A stretch of 64,000 nucleotides of DNA from an uncultured Actinomycetes bacterium (GTDB lineage Bacteria > Actinomycetota > Thermoleophilia > UBA2241): assembly GCA_963709345.1 (NCBI GenBank), contig CAVPVX010000007.1:192001-256000 (forward strand), read 5' to 3'. Shown in pieces: positions 1 to 9,673 of the stretch; position 1 is the stretch's first letter; each line of letters opens with the position of its first letter. The position numbers and the translations under genes are program-made. The notes under the pieces were generated by a model, which worked only from the letters and a program-made list of their open reading frames with translations, made no database searches and was not told where the DNA came from.

Positions 1-1344
1 GCGGCGCGGCGGCTGGGGCCCGATGAAGGCCGTGCGCTCGCGACCGCCGCCGACGCCTGCGCAGCGGCGGCCACCGAGATCCCCGGCCTCAGCCGTGCGG
101 TGGGAACCGCGCTCGCAGCGCTCGCGGCGACAACCGGACGAGAGGAGCGTCCACCGGCGCACGCCATCCGCTCACGCCAGGTGAGCGACGAGTACAACAT
201 CTCAGTGTGGCTCACGCCGGGTCTGCGCGAACTCCCCGAGCACGAACGCTTCGCGATCACCGCCGGTCTGCTCGCGGAGGCTCTCGCCACGCTCGCGACC
301 GCGGCGGCGAGCGCCGCCGAAGCCCTCCCGGAGGACCACCGCGAGCGCGCTGCTGTCCAAGCTCTGGCCGACGAGGCCTCGAGCGCGGCCGAGTTGCTCA
401 CGACGCTGCCCGACGGCAGCGACCCCGAGAGCGTCGTCTGGGCGGAGATCGAGAGTCCCGGCCGCGCGCTCGAGGCCTCGCGCTGGACCCTGACGCGCAC
501 GCCGATCACGCCCGGCGAACGCATGCGAGAAGCGCTGTGGGACCGCCTCCGGAGCGCGCTGCTCACCAGCGCCACCCTCGCCGTCGCCGGCTCGTTCGCC
601 TACTTCCGCGACATGACCGGGCTCGGCGCCGATGTGGACGTGCACGAGGAGGTCTTTGAGTCGCCCTTCGACTTCAGCCGTCAGACGGTCCTCGTCCTCG
701 AGCACGACCCGGCCGGCGACTGGCGACCGGACGAGCTCGCCGAACGTCAGGGCGAGCGCCTCAAGCGCATCGCCGCGGTCACCGGGGGGCGCACGCTCGC
801 CCTGTTCACCAACAAGCGCGACATGCTCCGCGTGGCGGCCACTGTGGGCGAACACGTCGAAGACGACGGCGTCCTCGTGCTCGCGCAAGGCCTTCACGGC
901 AGCGCCGCCAGCCTCGCCGAGGAGTTCCGCACGCACCCCGACACGATCCTGCTGGGGGTCGACACCCTCTGGACCGGCCAGGATTTCCCGGGCGACGCGC
1001 TCACCTGCCTCGTGATCGCGAAGCTGCCGTTCCCGCGACAGGACCCGTTGTTCCAGGCGCGCCGTCGCGCTTGCGAGGAGTCCGGCCAGCGCTGGTTCGA
1101 GCGCTTCTACCTGCCGGAGGCCGTCCTCAAGTTCCGCCAGGGCTTCGGGCGGCTCATCCGCACGGAATCCGACAGCGGCGTCGTGGTCGTGCTCGACCAC
1201 CGCCTGTCGACGAAGGGATACCGGCGGGACTTCCTGGACAGCCTGCCTCGGATGGAGGTCGTCGAGGCGGCCCCCGCCGAGGTCGCCGCCACGGTGCAGT
1301 TCCACCTGCGGCGTCTGTCAGAGGTGACGCCGCAGCCTACCTGA
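1..1344 (+). CDS. DinG/YoaA-family ATP-dependent helicase, C-terminal part (5' end lies outside the window)
   Basis: Frame open from base 1. Motifs LTSATL, LWTGQDFPG, LVIAKLPFP, KFRQGFGRLIR, VVVLDHR are typical of the DinG helicase C-terminal domain. Confidence 0.9.
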   Translation, partial: AARRLGPDEGRALATAADACAAAATEIPGLSRAVGTALAALAATTGREERPPAHAIRSRQVSDEYNISVWLTPGLRELPEHERFAITAGLLAEALATLATAAASAAEALPEDHRERAAVQALADEASSAAELLTTLPDGSDPESVVWAEIESPGRALEASRWTLTRTPITPGERMREALWDRLRSALLTSATLAVAGSFAYFRDMTGLGADVDVHEEVFESPFDFSRQTVLVLEHDPAGDWRPDELAERQGERLKRIAAVTGGRTLALFTNKRDMLRVAATVGEHVEDDGVLVLAQGLHGSAASLAEEFRTHPDTILLGVDTLWTGQDFPGDALTCLVIAKLPFPRQDPLFQARRRACEESGQRWFERFYLPEAVLKFRQGFGRLIRTESDSGVVVVLDHRLSTKGYRRDFLDSLPRMEVVEAAPAEVAATVQFHLRRLSEVTPQPT

Positions 1345-1729
1345 GCATGCGCCCGCTGCCCTTGGCGGCCCGGGCGCCGACGCGCTTGACCAGCCGTGCC
1401 TTGGTGTTCTTGCCACAGTACGGGCACGTGAGCTGCTTGTAGCTGTAGTACGTGCCGTCGGGATTCTTGCCCACGCTGGACGCCGTGAAGAAGTTGACCG
1501 TCGTCGGAACCTGGAACGCCTTGCCGCACTTGGCGCAGACGAAGCCCGACGTGCGCGAGACGAGACCGATGTACATCCACAACCCGGCGAAGATCAGCAG
1601 CAGGGTCGGCAGAAACCCCCGCCACGGATAGATGACGAGGATGGCGAACAGGACGATGGCGACGAACAGGCCGAGCTTCCACAGGCTGTTCCACCAGTCG
1701 TGCCGATTGCGCTCGACGAAACGGGCCAC
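1337..1729 (-). CDS. Small membrane protein with C-terminal zinc ribbon
   Basis: Two hydrophobic helices followed by CAKC...CPYC; GGGAG RBS upstream. Confidence 0.75.
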   Translation of the reverse strand: MARFVERNRHDWWNSLWKLGLFVAIVLFAILVIYPWRGFLPTLLLIFAGLWMYIGLVSRTSGFVCAKCGKAFQVPTTVNFFTASSVGKNPDGTYYSYKQLTCPYCGKNTKARLVKRVGARAAKGSGRMLR

Positions 1730-1896
1730 TCAGGCTCCCTTCCCTTTCGGCTCCCGGCGCCCGTACCGCCCGAGGGCGATCGCTGACCCGCCCGTGGTGA
1801 CGCCCGCCGCCGCAGGCGCGCGGGCGTCACGCCACAGTATGCCACTCCCGCGCACGGGGAGAAAGCGCGAGCGCGGCCCGTGCGACGCTGCGGCGT

Positions 1897-3588
1897 TCAG
1901 CCGCCGACGCGGTCGTACGGCCACATGATGATGCCGCCGTCCATGAACTTGGCGTCGCAGCCGGCGGCGCCGGCGATGAGCGCGGCTTCGTAGCCGCGCA
2001 GGGAGATCTTGCAGAAGCAGATGATCTCCTTGTCGCGCGGCAGCTCATCCAGCCGGTCGCGCAGCTTCGCGAGCGGGATGTTGACGGCGTCGGGTATGGC
2101 GACCTGCGCCACCTCGGCCGGACTGCGGACGTCCAGCAGGAAGACCGGCTCGCCGGCGTCGAGCTTGCGCTTGACCTCGGCCGGCGGAAGGCCGACGGCG
2201 ACGCCGTCCAGCTTGTTACGCACCACGTCGGACGCAGTGATCACGTTGTCCATCGCCGGCGAGTACGGCGGAGCGTAGGCGAGATCGGTCTTGGAGAGGT
2301 CGTCCATCGTCATACCCGCGTGCAGCGCCATCGCGGCCACGTCGATCGCGCGCGCCGCGTCGCCGGGCCCCACAGCCTGCATGCCGAGCAGCCGGCGCGT
2401 CGCGCGGTCCGAGACCGTCTTCAGCATGAGCATCTTGGCGGTCGGCATGAAGTGCGGCTTGTCGGGAGCAGGAGTCAGCGCCGTCTCGATGTCGAACCCG
2501 AGATGCTCGGCTTCGCGCTGCGTGAGCCCGGTCGCGGCGACGTTGTAGTCGAACACCTGGCAGATGCTGGTGCCGAGGATGCCGGAAAAGAGGTCGTCGC
2601 CGCCCGCCGCATTGACCGCGGCGACGCGTCCCTGCTTGTTGGCCGTCGAGCCCAAGGGCACGTACGCAGGCCTGCCCGTAACCAGATGCGTCGACTGGGC
2701 GCAGTCACCGACCGCGAAGACGTCCGGGTCGGAGGTCCGCAAGTGATCGTCGACCGCGATCGCACCGGTCTCACCTATCTCGAGACCGCAGTCTCTGGCG
2801 AGCCCTACGTTCGGCCGCACGCCGACCGCCACGACGACCATGTCGGCCGGCAACGCCCCAACCGTCGTGCGGACGGTGCCGACGCGGGAGGCGTCGTTCT
2901 CGTCCGGCTCCAGGGCCGTGACCGTCGTGCCCACGAGCACCTTCACGCCGTGCGACTTCATGTGGGCGGCGACCTGCCCGGCCATCTCTTCGTCCAGCGG
3001 CGTGAGGAGCTGCGGCAGCCGCTCGACGATCGTGACGCGACACCCCGTGGATACCAGCGCCTCGGTCATCTCGACGCCGATGAGGCCTCCGCCGATGATG
3101 ACCACGTCGGGCGCCCTGTGCTCGACAAGGAGCGCGCGCATGCGCTCGGCGTCCTCGACGCCGTGCAGCGTCACCACGTTGTCGAGCTCGCGGCCGGGCA
3201 GCGGCGGCTCGACCGGCTCGGCGCCCGTAGCCAGTATCAGGCGGTCGTAGGGCACCCAGCGCTCGTCGCCGTTCTCGACCGAGCGTACCCGCACGCGGCG
3301 CGCCTCACGGTCGATCTCGGTGGCCAGCGTGCGGTTATGCACGTGGACGTTCTTGACGTTCAGGAAGAAGACCTCGTCCCGCAGCGCGCCCGCCGGCGTG
3401 GACATGAGGTCTTCTTGGTCCTCGACCACGCCGGAGACGTAGTACGGCAGACCACACCCGGCGTACGAGAGAAAGATACCCTTCTCGATGATCGTCACAT
3501 CGGCGTCCGGCGCCAGTCGTGTGAGCTTGGCCGCAGCCTTGGGTCCGGCGGCGACACCTCCGATGATGACAAATCGCGACGCGTCCAC
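1897..3588 (-). CDS. CoA-disulfide/persulfide reductase-like FAD-dependent oxidoreductase with C-terminal rhodanese domain
   Basis: GTG start at 3588 with GGGAG RBS. IIGGVAAG FAD motif, SYAGCGLPY redox Cys, IIGGGLIG, AVGDC, YAPPYS, rhodanese LLDVR...FCKISLRG. Confidence 0.9.
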   Translation of the reverse strand: MDASRFVIIGGVAAGPKAAAKLTRLAPDADVTIIEKGIFLSYAGCGLPYYVSGVVEDQEDLMSTPAGALRDEVFFLNVKNVHVHNRTLATEIDREARRVRVRSVENGDERWVPYDRLILATGAEPVEPPLPGRELDNVVTLHGVEDAERMRALLVEHRAPDVVIIGGGLIGVEMTEALVSTGCRVTIVERLPQLLTPLDEEMAGQVAAHMKSHGVKVLVGTTVTALEPDENDASRVGTVRTTVGALPADMVVVAVGVRPNVGLARDCGLEIGETGAIAVDDHLRTSDPDVFAVGDCAQSTHLVTGRPAYVPLGSTANKQGRVAAVNAAGGDDLFSGILGTSICQVFDYNVAATGLTQREAEHLGFDIETALTPAPDKPHFMPTAKMLMLKTVSDRATRRLLGMQAVGPGDAARAIDVAAMALHAGMTMDDLSKTDLAYAPPYSPAMDNVITASDVVRNKLDGVAVGLPPAEVKRKLDAGEPVFLLDVRSPAEVAQVAIPDAVNIPLAKLRDRLDELPRDKEIICFCKISLRGYEAALIAGAAGCDAKFMDGGIIMWPYDRVGG

Positions 3589-3656
3589 AGGGCGGCTCCC
3601 TTCAGTCGATCGGGTTGCGGTGACACGCGGCGAATACGAGTGGCCGTGAGATGCTG

Positions 3657-4041
3657 TCAGTGGTTGCAGGCTCCTTCGAGGCCGACCACGGGCAGGGCTC
3701 CCTGGATGTACGCCGTGACCGTCGCCTGCACGTCCGGGCCCATGCCCGGCATGCACCGCGATGCCCACCTGGTTGAAGCCCATCAGCGGGCGACCGCCGA
3801 TGCCGTCGACGACGATCGCGTCGACCGTGTTGTCGGCCAGGAGAAGGACCGGCGTCATGCAGCCGCCGTCCTGGTGAGGCGCGTTGTGCACCACCTCGAC
3901 GCCGGCGACGGCGCCGTCGACGACCTCGACTACCGTGAAGCACTCGCAGCGCCCGAAGTGGCCCGAACGCCGTGCCGCGAGGCCGCCTGGGGCCTCGGAT
4001 GGGACGGCGATGCGCACCTTCGTTCCGTTGGTCTCGCTCAT
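3657..4041 (-). CDS. NifB/NifX-family (FeMo-cofactor-binding-like) protein, with a +1 frameshift near 3747
   Basis: IAVP...SGHFGRCECF...AIVVDGIG. Removing one G from gccgggcatg gives ...AGMGPDVQATVTAYIQGALPVVGLEGACNH, stop at 3657-3659. Confidence 0.8.
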
Positions 4042-4104
4042 GGGGATCAGACTCCGTTCATCGTCGCTTCGCCGGAAGCGTGTCGCCCCGGCGTCGGAAA
4101 CACC

Positions 4105-4662
4105 TTATCGGGCGGACCCGTGGCCACGCCCTCGTCCTTTGCCCGGCGCGCTCTCGCCGCCGCCGCCGCGCCCGCGGCCGCGGCCTCCACCCTCGCCGGC
4201 GCAGCCCCGGCCGCGGCCGCCGCCTCGGACACGGCCCATGCCGCAGCGCCCCGCGGGATCCCAGCAGGTACCGAAGTCGGCGGAACCGCAGGACGGACAA
4301 GCGGCGGAAGGTTCTTGAGCGGGATCGGCCATCCAGACCTCCCCGCAGGACGCGCAACAGAGGTGCCGCGGCTCGACTCGGTACTGGCCACCGCTGATGG
4401 CGAGCGCCTTGCCGGTCACGAGCGCCTCCGCGACCGTCGCCCTGCCTCGCTCCAGAACGCGACCGACGGTCTGGCGCGAAACGCCCATGGCCATCGCCGC
4501 CTGCTCATGACTCAGGCCTTCAAGATCGACGAGGCGGATGGCTTCGAGTTCGTCGACGGCGAGCGCCAGCTGCTCCAGATCCCGACCGGGGATGCCGGCC
4601 GGTTTGAAGAGGCTGACGCTCGGCTCGCCGCCGACGGCGCGTTCAATCGGTGGCCGGGCCAC
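4105..4662 (-). CDS. DUF134 (UPF0251) DNA-binding protein with zinc ribbon and Gly/Arg-rich tail
   Basis: MARP...FKPAGIP...DELEAIRLVDLEGLSHEQAAMAMGVSRQTVGRVL HTH; CASC...CPSC; GAGGAG RBS. Confidence 0.9.
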   Translation of the reverse strand: MARPPIERAVGGEPSVSLFKPAGIPGRDLEQLALAVDELEAIRLVDLEGLSHEQAAMAMGVSRQTVGRVLERGRATVAEALVTGKALAISGGQYRVEPRHLCCASCGEVWMADPAQEPSAACPSCGSADFGTCWDPAGRCGMGRVRGGGRGRGCAGEGGGRGRGRGGGGESAPGKGRGRGHGSAR

Positions 4663-4679
4663 GGTACTCCTCGATCGTT

Positions 4680-4722
4680 GTTAGCATATGCTCATCTTAG
4701 ACGAGGCGGCGCCGGGCTTCAA
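4680..4722 (-). promoter_or_regulatory. Sigma70-like promoter (TTGAAG-N17-TAAGAT) with overlapping palindrome ATGAGCATATGCTAAC, upstream of the DUF134 gene
   Basis: Read from the sequence; the same architecture recurs at 10041-10083. Confidence 0.7.
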
Positions 4723-5165
4723 AGCGGCTGCTCCCCGCCCGGCGCACGCTCCTCACCGCTCCGCGGCGACCGGAGCGCCCGGGTCTCCGGCGAGGACGAC
4801 GTCACGTCGATCACGTCGCGCCGCACCGGCAGTTCATCCGGCGCCGGGGGGTCCAGGCGCAAGTACGCGCCGCCGAGGCGGCGCGCCGGCTCGCTCCGGC
4901 TGAACGCGAGGCGCAGAGCGGCCCGGCGAAGCAGCGGCCGCGTCACTCCCTCCGCGTCGCGGAGATCCTGCGCGACGTAGGCGCCGACGGCGACGAGCGC
5001 CCGGGTCGTGGTACGCGCGCCCAGACCTCCCCGACCGTCGCGGGCGCCCTCCGAGAGGCGCCGGCCACCCTGGCCGCGGCCGTCGCCACGACCGGGACCC
5101 GGACCATCGCACAGTCCGCCCGTGCGCCGGTGCCGGCGGCGCATCGGTCTTCCGTCAGTACCCAT
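4719..5165 (-). CDS. Hypothetical protein with Gly/Arg-rich N-terminus
   Basis: ATG at 5165 with GAGGGGGAG RBS; fills the gap in the operon. Confidence 0.55.
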   Translation of the reverse strand: MGTDGRPMRRRHRRTGGLCDGPGPGRGDGRGQGGRRLSEGARDGRGGLGARTTTRALVAVGAYVAQDLRDAEGVTRPLLRRAALRLAFSRSEPARRLGGAYLRLDPPAPDELPVRRDVIDVTSSSPETRALRSPRSGEERAPGGEQPL

Positions 5166-5181
5166 GATCCTCAGCTCCCCC

Positions 5182-5547
5182 TCAGGCCCAGTGCCCGTCC
5201 ACAGTCGGCGCCGTGACCGCCGTGAGCTCGCCACGCCCGAGAGCGTCGAGCGCAGAACGGGCGGTGACGCCGTTGCCGACCTGGTGGATGGCGATGCTGC
5301 CGGCCGCCAGCGCCTTGTGGGCGTTGGGGCCGACGTTGCCGGTGATGATCGCCGCGACGCCCTGCGCCGCTACGGTGCTGGCGGCCTGCACTCCGGCCCC
5401 GCCGCTGGCGTTCACGTTCGCGGCGTTGTCCACCGCGAGCCACTCGCCGGTCGTGGAGTCCGCGATGATGAACCAGCGGGCGCGACCGAAGCGGGGGTCC
5501 ACGAGCGCGTCGATATCGTTGCTCTGCGTGCTGATGGCTACCTTCAT
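5182..5547 (-). CDS. NifB/NifX-family protein
   Basis: MKVAIS...VDPRFGRARWF...GGAGVQAA...IITGNVGPNA; AAGGAG RBS. Confidence 0.9.
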   Translation of the reverse strand: MKVAISTQSNDIDALVDPRFGRARWFIIADSTTGEWLAVDNAANVNASGGAGVQAASTVAAQGVAAIITGNVGPNAHKALAAGSIAIHQVGNGVTARSALDALGRGELTAVTAPTVDGHWA

Positions 5548-6512
5548 GGTGTCTCCTTCGTGATGTCGTCTTGATGATCGGCGTTCACGGCGCTGAAGAA
5601 CCGCGTGCCCTGGTGTGACGAACCCGCAACGGTTCCCATCTCGATGAGCAGGGTCACGAGCTTCAGCGCCTCGCCGTGATGGATGCCGAGTCCGGCGGCG
5701 ATGTCCTCCATGGTGCACGGACGTCGGGAGAGCAGTTCGAGCACGTCGTCGGTGCCGGCAGTAAGATCGTCGACGGCGAGGGCTCCCCTGCTGATCACCT
5801 CGGCCGCGGGCGTGAAGAACGTCGCCAGAGAGGCCATCCGCTCCGGCGACGCCGGATGCACGGAGGACTCCGACGGCGGCCGAACGGCCGTGTTGAGCTG
5901 AATGCGGTCGGGAGCGACACGAGCGGCCGCCGCGGCCAGCCGCGAGACGCACTCGGATGTACCGGTGAGGTCGTCGAGAAGCATGACCTCGAGCCACAGT
6001 TGCCCTTCGTACTGCTCCCTGAACGCGACCAGCCCGTCCACGATCTCGTCGAAGCGCAGATCCGGATGCGGACGGTTGACCTTCTGGAACAGATCGTCGT
6101 CGGGTGCGTCCAGCGACGGCACCACGATGTCGGCCGCGGCGAGGTCACGCTGCACATCCTGTCGCCACAGGAGCGTCCCGTTGGTGATGACGACCACCGG
6201 CGTGTCGGTGAGCTCCTTGATGCCGGCGATGACCTCTCCGACGCCGTCGTAGAGCGTCGGCTCGCCCGACCCCGCGAGAGAGATCACGTCCGGCTCCCTG
6301 TCGAGCCGGTCGCGCACCCGGGCCACCACGTCGGCGGGCTCGACCCAGCGCCGCCTCTCCACCGTCTTGTCGGTGGTGGGCCCGAGCTGGCAGTACACGC
6401 AGTCCAGCGTGCACGTCTTCAGCGGGACCACGTCGATGCCGAGCGATCGGCCCAGCCGGCGTGACGGCACCGGGCCGTACACACAGTGGTCGGGGGACAG
6501 CATCGCGATCAA
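5544..6512 (-). CDS. Radical SAM Fe-S protein (TYW1-like oxidoreductase group)
   Basis: YGPVPSRRLGRSLG, CTLDCVYC (CxxxCxxC), GSGEPTL, ITNGTLL; possible C-terminal HTH. Confidence 0.9.
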   Translation of the reverse strand: MIAMLSPDHCVYGPVPSRRLGRSLGIDVVPLKTCTLDCVYCQLGPTTDKTVERRRWVEPADVVARVRDRLDREPDVISLAGSGEPTLYDGVGEVIAGIKELTDTPVVVITNGTLLWRQDVQRDLAAADIVVPSLDAPDDDLFQKVNRPHPDLRFDEIVDGLVAFREQYEGQLWLEVMLLDDLTGTSECVSRLAAAAARVAPDRIQLNTAVRPPSESSVHPASPERMASLATFFTPAAEVISRGALAVDDLTAGTDDVLELLSRRPCTMEDIAAGLGIHHGEALKLVTLLIEMGTVAGSSHQGTRFFSAVNADHQDDITKETP

Positions 6513-7420
6513 CTCCTCGCGGGTTCCGCTTCGTGGTGATGCTCCGGGTGCTCCGTCAGCTCGACGAGCGACTCCACGGCAGCCGCGAACGCGTCGGCCG
6601 TGGGCGACCCGGCGAATGCCTGGACGTGAGGCACGCCGCGCTCGCCGGCCTCGACCACGGCCGGATCCATCGGGATCCGGCCCAGGAACGGTACGCCGGC
6701 CTCCGCGGCCATGGTCTCGGCGCCGCCACGCAGGAAGATGTCGGTGGTCTCGCCGCAGTGGGGGCAGACGAAGCCGCTCATGTTCTCGATCACGCCGAGG
6801 ACCGGCAGGTCGAGCGTCGCACAGAACCCCAGCGCCTTGCGCACGTCGTTGACCGCGACGCGCTGCGGAGTGGAGACGATCACGGCGCCGGCTCCGGCGC
6901 CGAGAAGTTCGACGAGGGCCAGAGCCTCATCGCCGGTGCCGGGGGGAGCGTCCACGACGAGGCAGTCGAGGTGCCCCCAGTCCACTCCGGCCAGCATCTC
7001 TCGGATCGCCGAGTGCTTGCGCGGCCCGCGCCAGATCACGGCGTCGTCGTCCTCAGGCAGGAAGAACTGGATGGACATGGCCCAGAGGTTGTCGGCCACC
7101 GGCGCCGGGGCGATACCGCCGGCCCGGCCGGGCTTGGGCGTGTAGTGGAGATCCAGAAGACCCGGCACACTGGGCCCGTGGAGGTCGACGTCGAGCAGGC
7201 CCACGCGGCGGCCGGCGTCCGCCAGAGCAGTGGCGAGGTTCACCGCCACCGTACTCTTGCCGACGCCGCCCTTACCCGAGAGGACGAGGAATTTGTGGCG
7301 GATGAGCAGCATCCGCACCTCGAGCGCGTCCTGCCGGCGCCGGGCGTCGACGTCCATCTGGCTGCAGCCGTGCCCGTCACCGCCGGCCGGCCGGCCGGCG
7401 CGATCCTGCGTCTCACCCAT
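6509..7420 (-). CDS. Mrp/NBP35 (ApbC) Fe-S cluster carrier ATPase
   Basis: SGKGGVGKST, DVDLHGPSVP, IWRGP, DAPPGTGD, ENMSGFVCPHC. Confidence 0.92.
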   Translation of the reverse strand: MGETQDRAGRPAGGDGHGCSQMDVDARRRQDALEVRMLLIRHKFLVLSGKGGVGKSTVAVNLATALADAGRRVGLLDVDLHGPSVPGLLDLHYTPKPGRAGGIAPAPVADNLWAMSIQFFLPEDDDAVIWRGPRKHSAIREMLAGVDWGHLDCLVVDAPPGTGDEALALVELLGAGAGAVIVSTPQRVAVNDVRKALGFCATLDLPVLGVIENMSGFVCPHCGETTDIFLRGGAETMAAEAGVPFLGRIPMDPAVVEAGERGVPHVQAFAGSPTADAFAAAVESLVELTEHPEHHHEAEPARS

Positions 7421-8321
7421 CTCGTACCTCTCCCTCGAGGGACGGCGAGAGCGTTGCGCTCACTGCCTCCCAGACCTGTGTGATCTCGGTCGCGGCGCGA
7501 CCTCCGTAGTCGATGATGTCGGTCCCGGCCACCTGGGCGTGTGTCACCGAGGGGTCGTAGTCGACGGTGGCGACGAACTCCGCCCCGGTGGCCGTGACCT
7601 CGTCGGTGATCTGGGCGGTGAGGCCTGGGTTGAGATCCGCTTTGTTGATGCAGACGCCAAACGGCAGACCGAACTGCCTGACCACTTGCAGGACGCGCTC
7701 GAGATCGTGGCGCCCCGACACAGTGGGCTCCGTCACGGCCAGCACCAGGTGAGCCCCGGCCAGCGAAGCGATGACGGGACAGCCGATGCCGGGTGAGCCG
7801 TCCACGATGACGAACGGCAGCCCGCGTTCCTCGGCGACGCGACGGGCCTCGTTGCGCACGATCGTCACCAGCTTGCCCGAGTTGTCCTCGGCGACACCGA
7901 GGCACGCGTGCACCAACGGGCCGAAGCGGGTCTCCGACACCATCCAGTCGCCGTTGATCACCGGCTCCATGTGGATCGCCTCCGCGGGACAGACCCGCCG
8001 GCACAACTCACATCCCTCGCAGGCGATGGGATCCACGGTGTACCCGCCGCCGGGGTCGCCGAGCACGGCCGCGAAGCGGCAGACCTCGGCGCAGCGCCCG
8101 CAGGCGGTGCAAGCATCGGCATCGATGATCGCCTGGTTACGGCCGCTGAAGTCGTGACGGTCCCCCGGATCGGGGCGGAGCACGAGATGCAGATCGGCCG
8201 CGTCAACGTCGCAGTCGGCCAGCACTGCGTCGCCGGCGAGCGCGGCGAACCCCGCCACGACGCTGGTCTTGCCGGTGCCGCCCTTGCCGCTGATGACGAC
8301 GAGCTCGCGTGCGGGAGTCAT
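7413..8321 (-). CDS. MinD-superfamily P-loop ATPase with inserted 2x[4Fe-4S] ferredoxin (COG1149-like)
   Basis: SGKGGTGKT, DCDVDAADL, CTACGRC and CEGCELC, NSGKLVT, DGSPGIGCP. Confidence 0.9.
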   Translation of the reverse strand: MTPARELVVISGKGGTGKTSVVAGFAALAGDAVLADCDVDAADLHLVLRPDPGDRHDFSGRNQAIIDADACTACGRCAEVCRFAAVLGDPGGGYTVDPIACEGCELCRRVCPAEAIHMEPVINGDWMVSETRFGPLVHACLGVAEDNSGKLVTIVRNEARRVAEERGLPFVIVDGSPGIGCPVIASLAGAHLVLAVTEPTVSGRHDLERVLQVVRQFGLPFGVCINKADLNPGLTAQITDEVTATGAEFVATVDYDPSVTHAQVAGTDIIDYGGRAATEITQVWEAVSATLSPSLEGEVRDG

Positions 8322-9196
8322 GAGGTCACCTCTTCGCGATGGGCGGCGGCGGCGATGCGCTCCCACGCCGCGCTCAGCTTCGCCTCCAGTTCGGGGACGG
8401 CGTCGATCAGCAGATCGCCCCGAGCGTAGCCCTCGGCGATCCGCCTGTCGTTGGGGACCTCCAATACGATCTGCAGCCCCTCGTCGGCGCAATACTGATG
8501 CACCCGGTCGTCGCCGAGGTCGGCGCGATTCACGGCGACGACGCAGCGCAGGCCCAAGGCGCGCGCCATCTCGACGGCGAGTCTCAGGTCGTGCAGCCCG
8601 AACGGTGTCGGCTCGGTGACGAGGACGACGAGGTCGCTCCCGCGCACTGCCTCTATGACCGGGCAGGATGTGCCCGGCGGCGCGTCGATGAGCACGACAT
8701 CGCCCTCGCCGGCGGCCGCCAGAACGGCGTGCGTCACGGGTACGGCCTTGGCCTCTCCGACGGACAGCACGCCCGTCACGAGCGGGAACGGGGGCCTGCC
8801 GGGCAGCGCGACGACGCCGTGCTCGACCACTCCGGTGTCACGCTCCTCCTCGTGGATGGCGCCTTCGGGACAGAGAAGCGAACAGGCGCCGCACGAATGG
8901 CAGAGCTCGGGAAACACAAGGACGGTCGTCCCGATGAGCGTGACGGCCTTGAAGGCGCACACGTCGGCGCAGACACCGCAGGCGGTGCAGCGGTCGTCGT
9001 CCACCTCGGGGACGAGGACGTTCACCCGTTCGCGGCGCTCGAGCTGCGGATGCAGGAACAGATGGCAGTCCGGCTCCTCGACGTCCGCGTCCAGAAGCCG
9101 GACGGCGACGCCGCGCCCCGAGAGCAGCGCAGCGAGATTGGTCGCGAGCGTGGTCTTACCGGTGCCGCCCTTGCCGCTGGCGATGGCGATCCGCAT
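8318..9196 (-). CDS. MinD-superfamily P-loop ATPase with inserted ferredoxin (paralog)
   Basis: ASGKGGTGKT, DADVEEP, CTACGVC, CHSCGAC, DAPPGTSCP, TEPTPFGLHDL. Confidence 0.9.
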   Translation of the reverse strand: MRIAIASGKGGTGKTTLATNLAALLSGRGVAVRLLDADVEEPDCHLFLHPQLERRERVNVLVPEVDDDRCTACGVCADVCAFKAVTLIGTTVLVFPELCHSCGACSLLCPEGAIHEEERDTGVVEHGVVALPGRPPFPLVTGVLSVGEAKAVPVTHAVLAAAGEGDVVLIDAPPGTSCPVIEAVRGSDLVVLVTEPTPFGLHDLRLAVEMARALGLRCVVAVNRADLGDDRVHQYCADEGLQIVLEVPNDRRIAEGYARGDLLIDAVPELEAKLSAAWERIAAAAHREEVTS

Positions 9197-9199
9197 CGC

Positions 9200-9673
9200 T
9201 CAGACCTCGGCCATCGCGAAGACACCGTTCGGACAGGCGTCGACGCAGATGCCGCACCCGGTACACCGGGTCGCGTCCACCACCGGGGCCTCGCCCAGCG
9301 TGATGGCGCCGCGCGCGCAGGCGTCGAGGCAGGCCTCGCACAGCGAACACCCGTCGGCGTCGGCCACGACCGCCACGAAACGCGGCCGCTTCACTGCCCT
9401 CGTCGCGGGCGCGGCGCCCGCGGGCGCGAGCGCGCCCGAGGGCGCCGGATCGGCCGCAGGCGGTGAAGCCGTGACCGGCACGGACGCCGGCGCGGGATCC
9501 CGCGGCGCCGGAGCGACGCCTGCGCCGCGGCCCACGCCGCGGCCGCTGCCGTCCCGCCGGCGTTCGCGAACGCCCTGGCCGCCGCCCTGACCGCGGCCGC
9601 CGCCGGCACCGCGTCCGGCACCCGACCCGCGGCCGCCGCCGCGGCCGCCGCCGCCTCCGCCGCCCGTCATCAC
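9200..9673 (-). CDS. 2x[4Fe-4S] ferredoxin with Gly/Arg-rich N-terminus
   Basis: CSLCEACLDAC and CTGCGICVDACP motifs. Confidence 0.85.
   Translation of the reverse strand: MMTGGGGGGGRGGGRGSGAGRGAGGGRGQGGGQGVRERRRDGSGRGVGRGAGVAPAPRDPAPASVPVTASPPAADPAPSGALAPAGAAPATRAVKRPRFVAVVADADGCSLCEACLDACARGAITLGEAPVVDATRCTGCGICVDACPNGVFAMAEV

Noticed and set aside
1897-4041. Apparent 714-aa NifX-CoA-disulfide reductase-rhodanese fusion
   Set aside because: It arises from a one-base frameshift. The NifX C-terminus and stop (3657) are in another frame, and the reductase has its own RBS and GTG at 3588.
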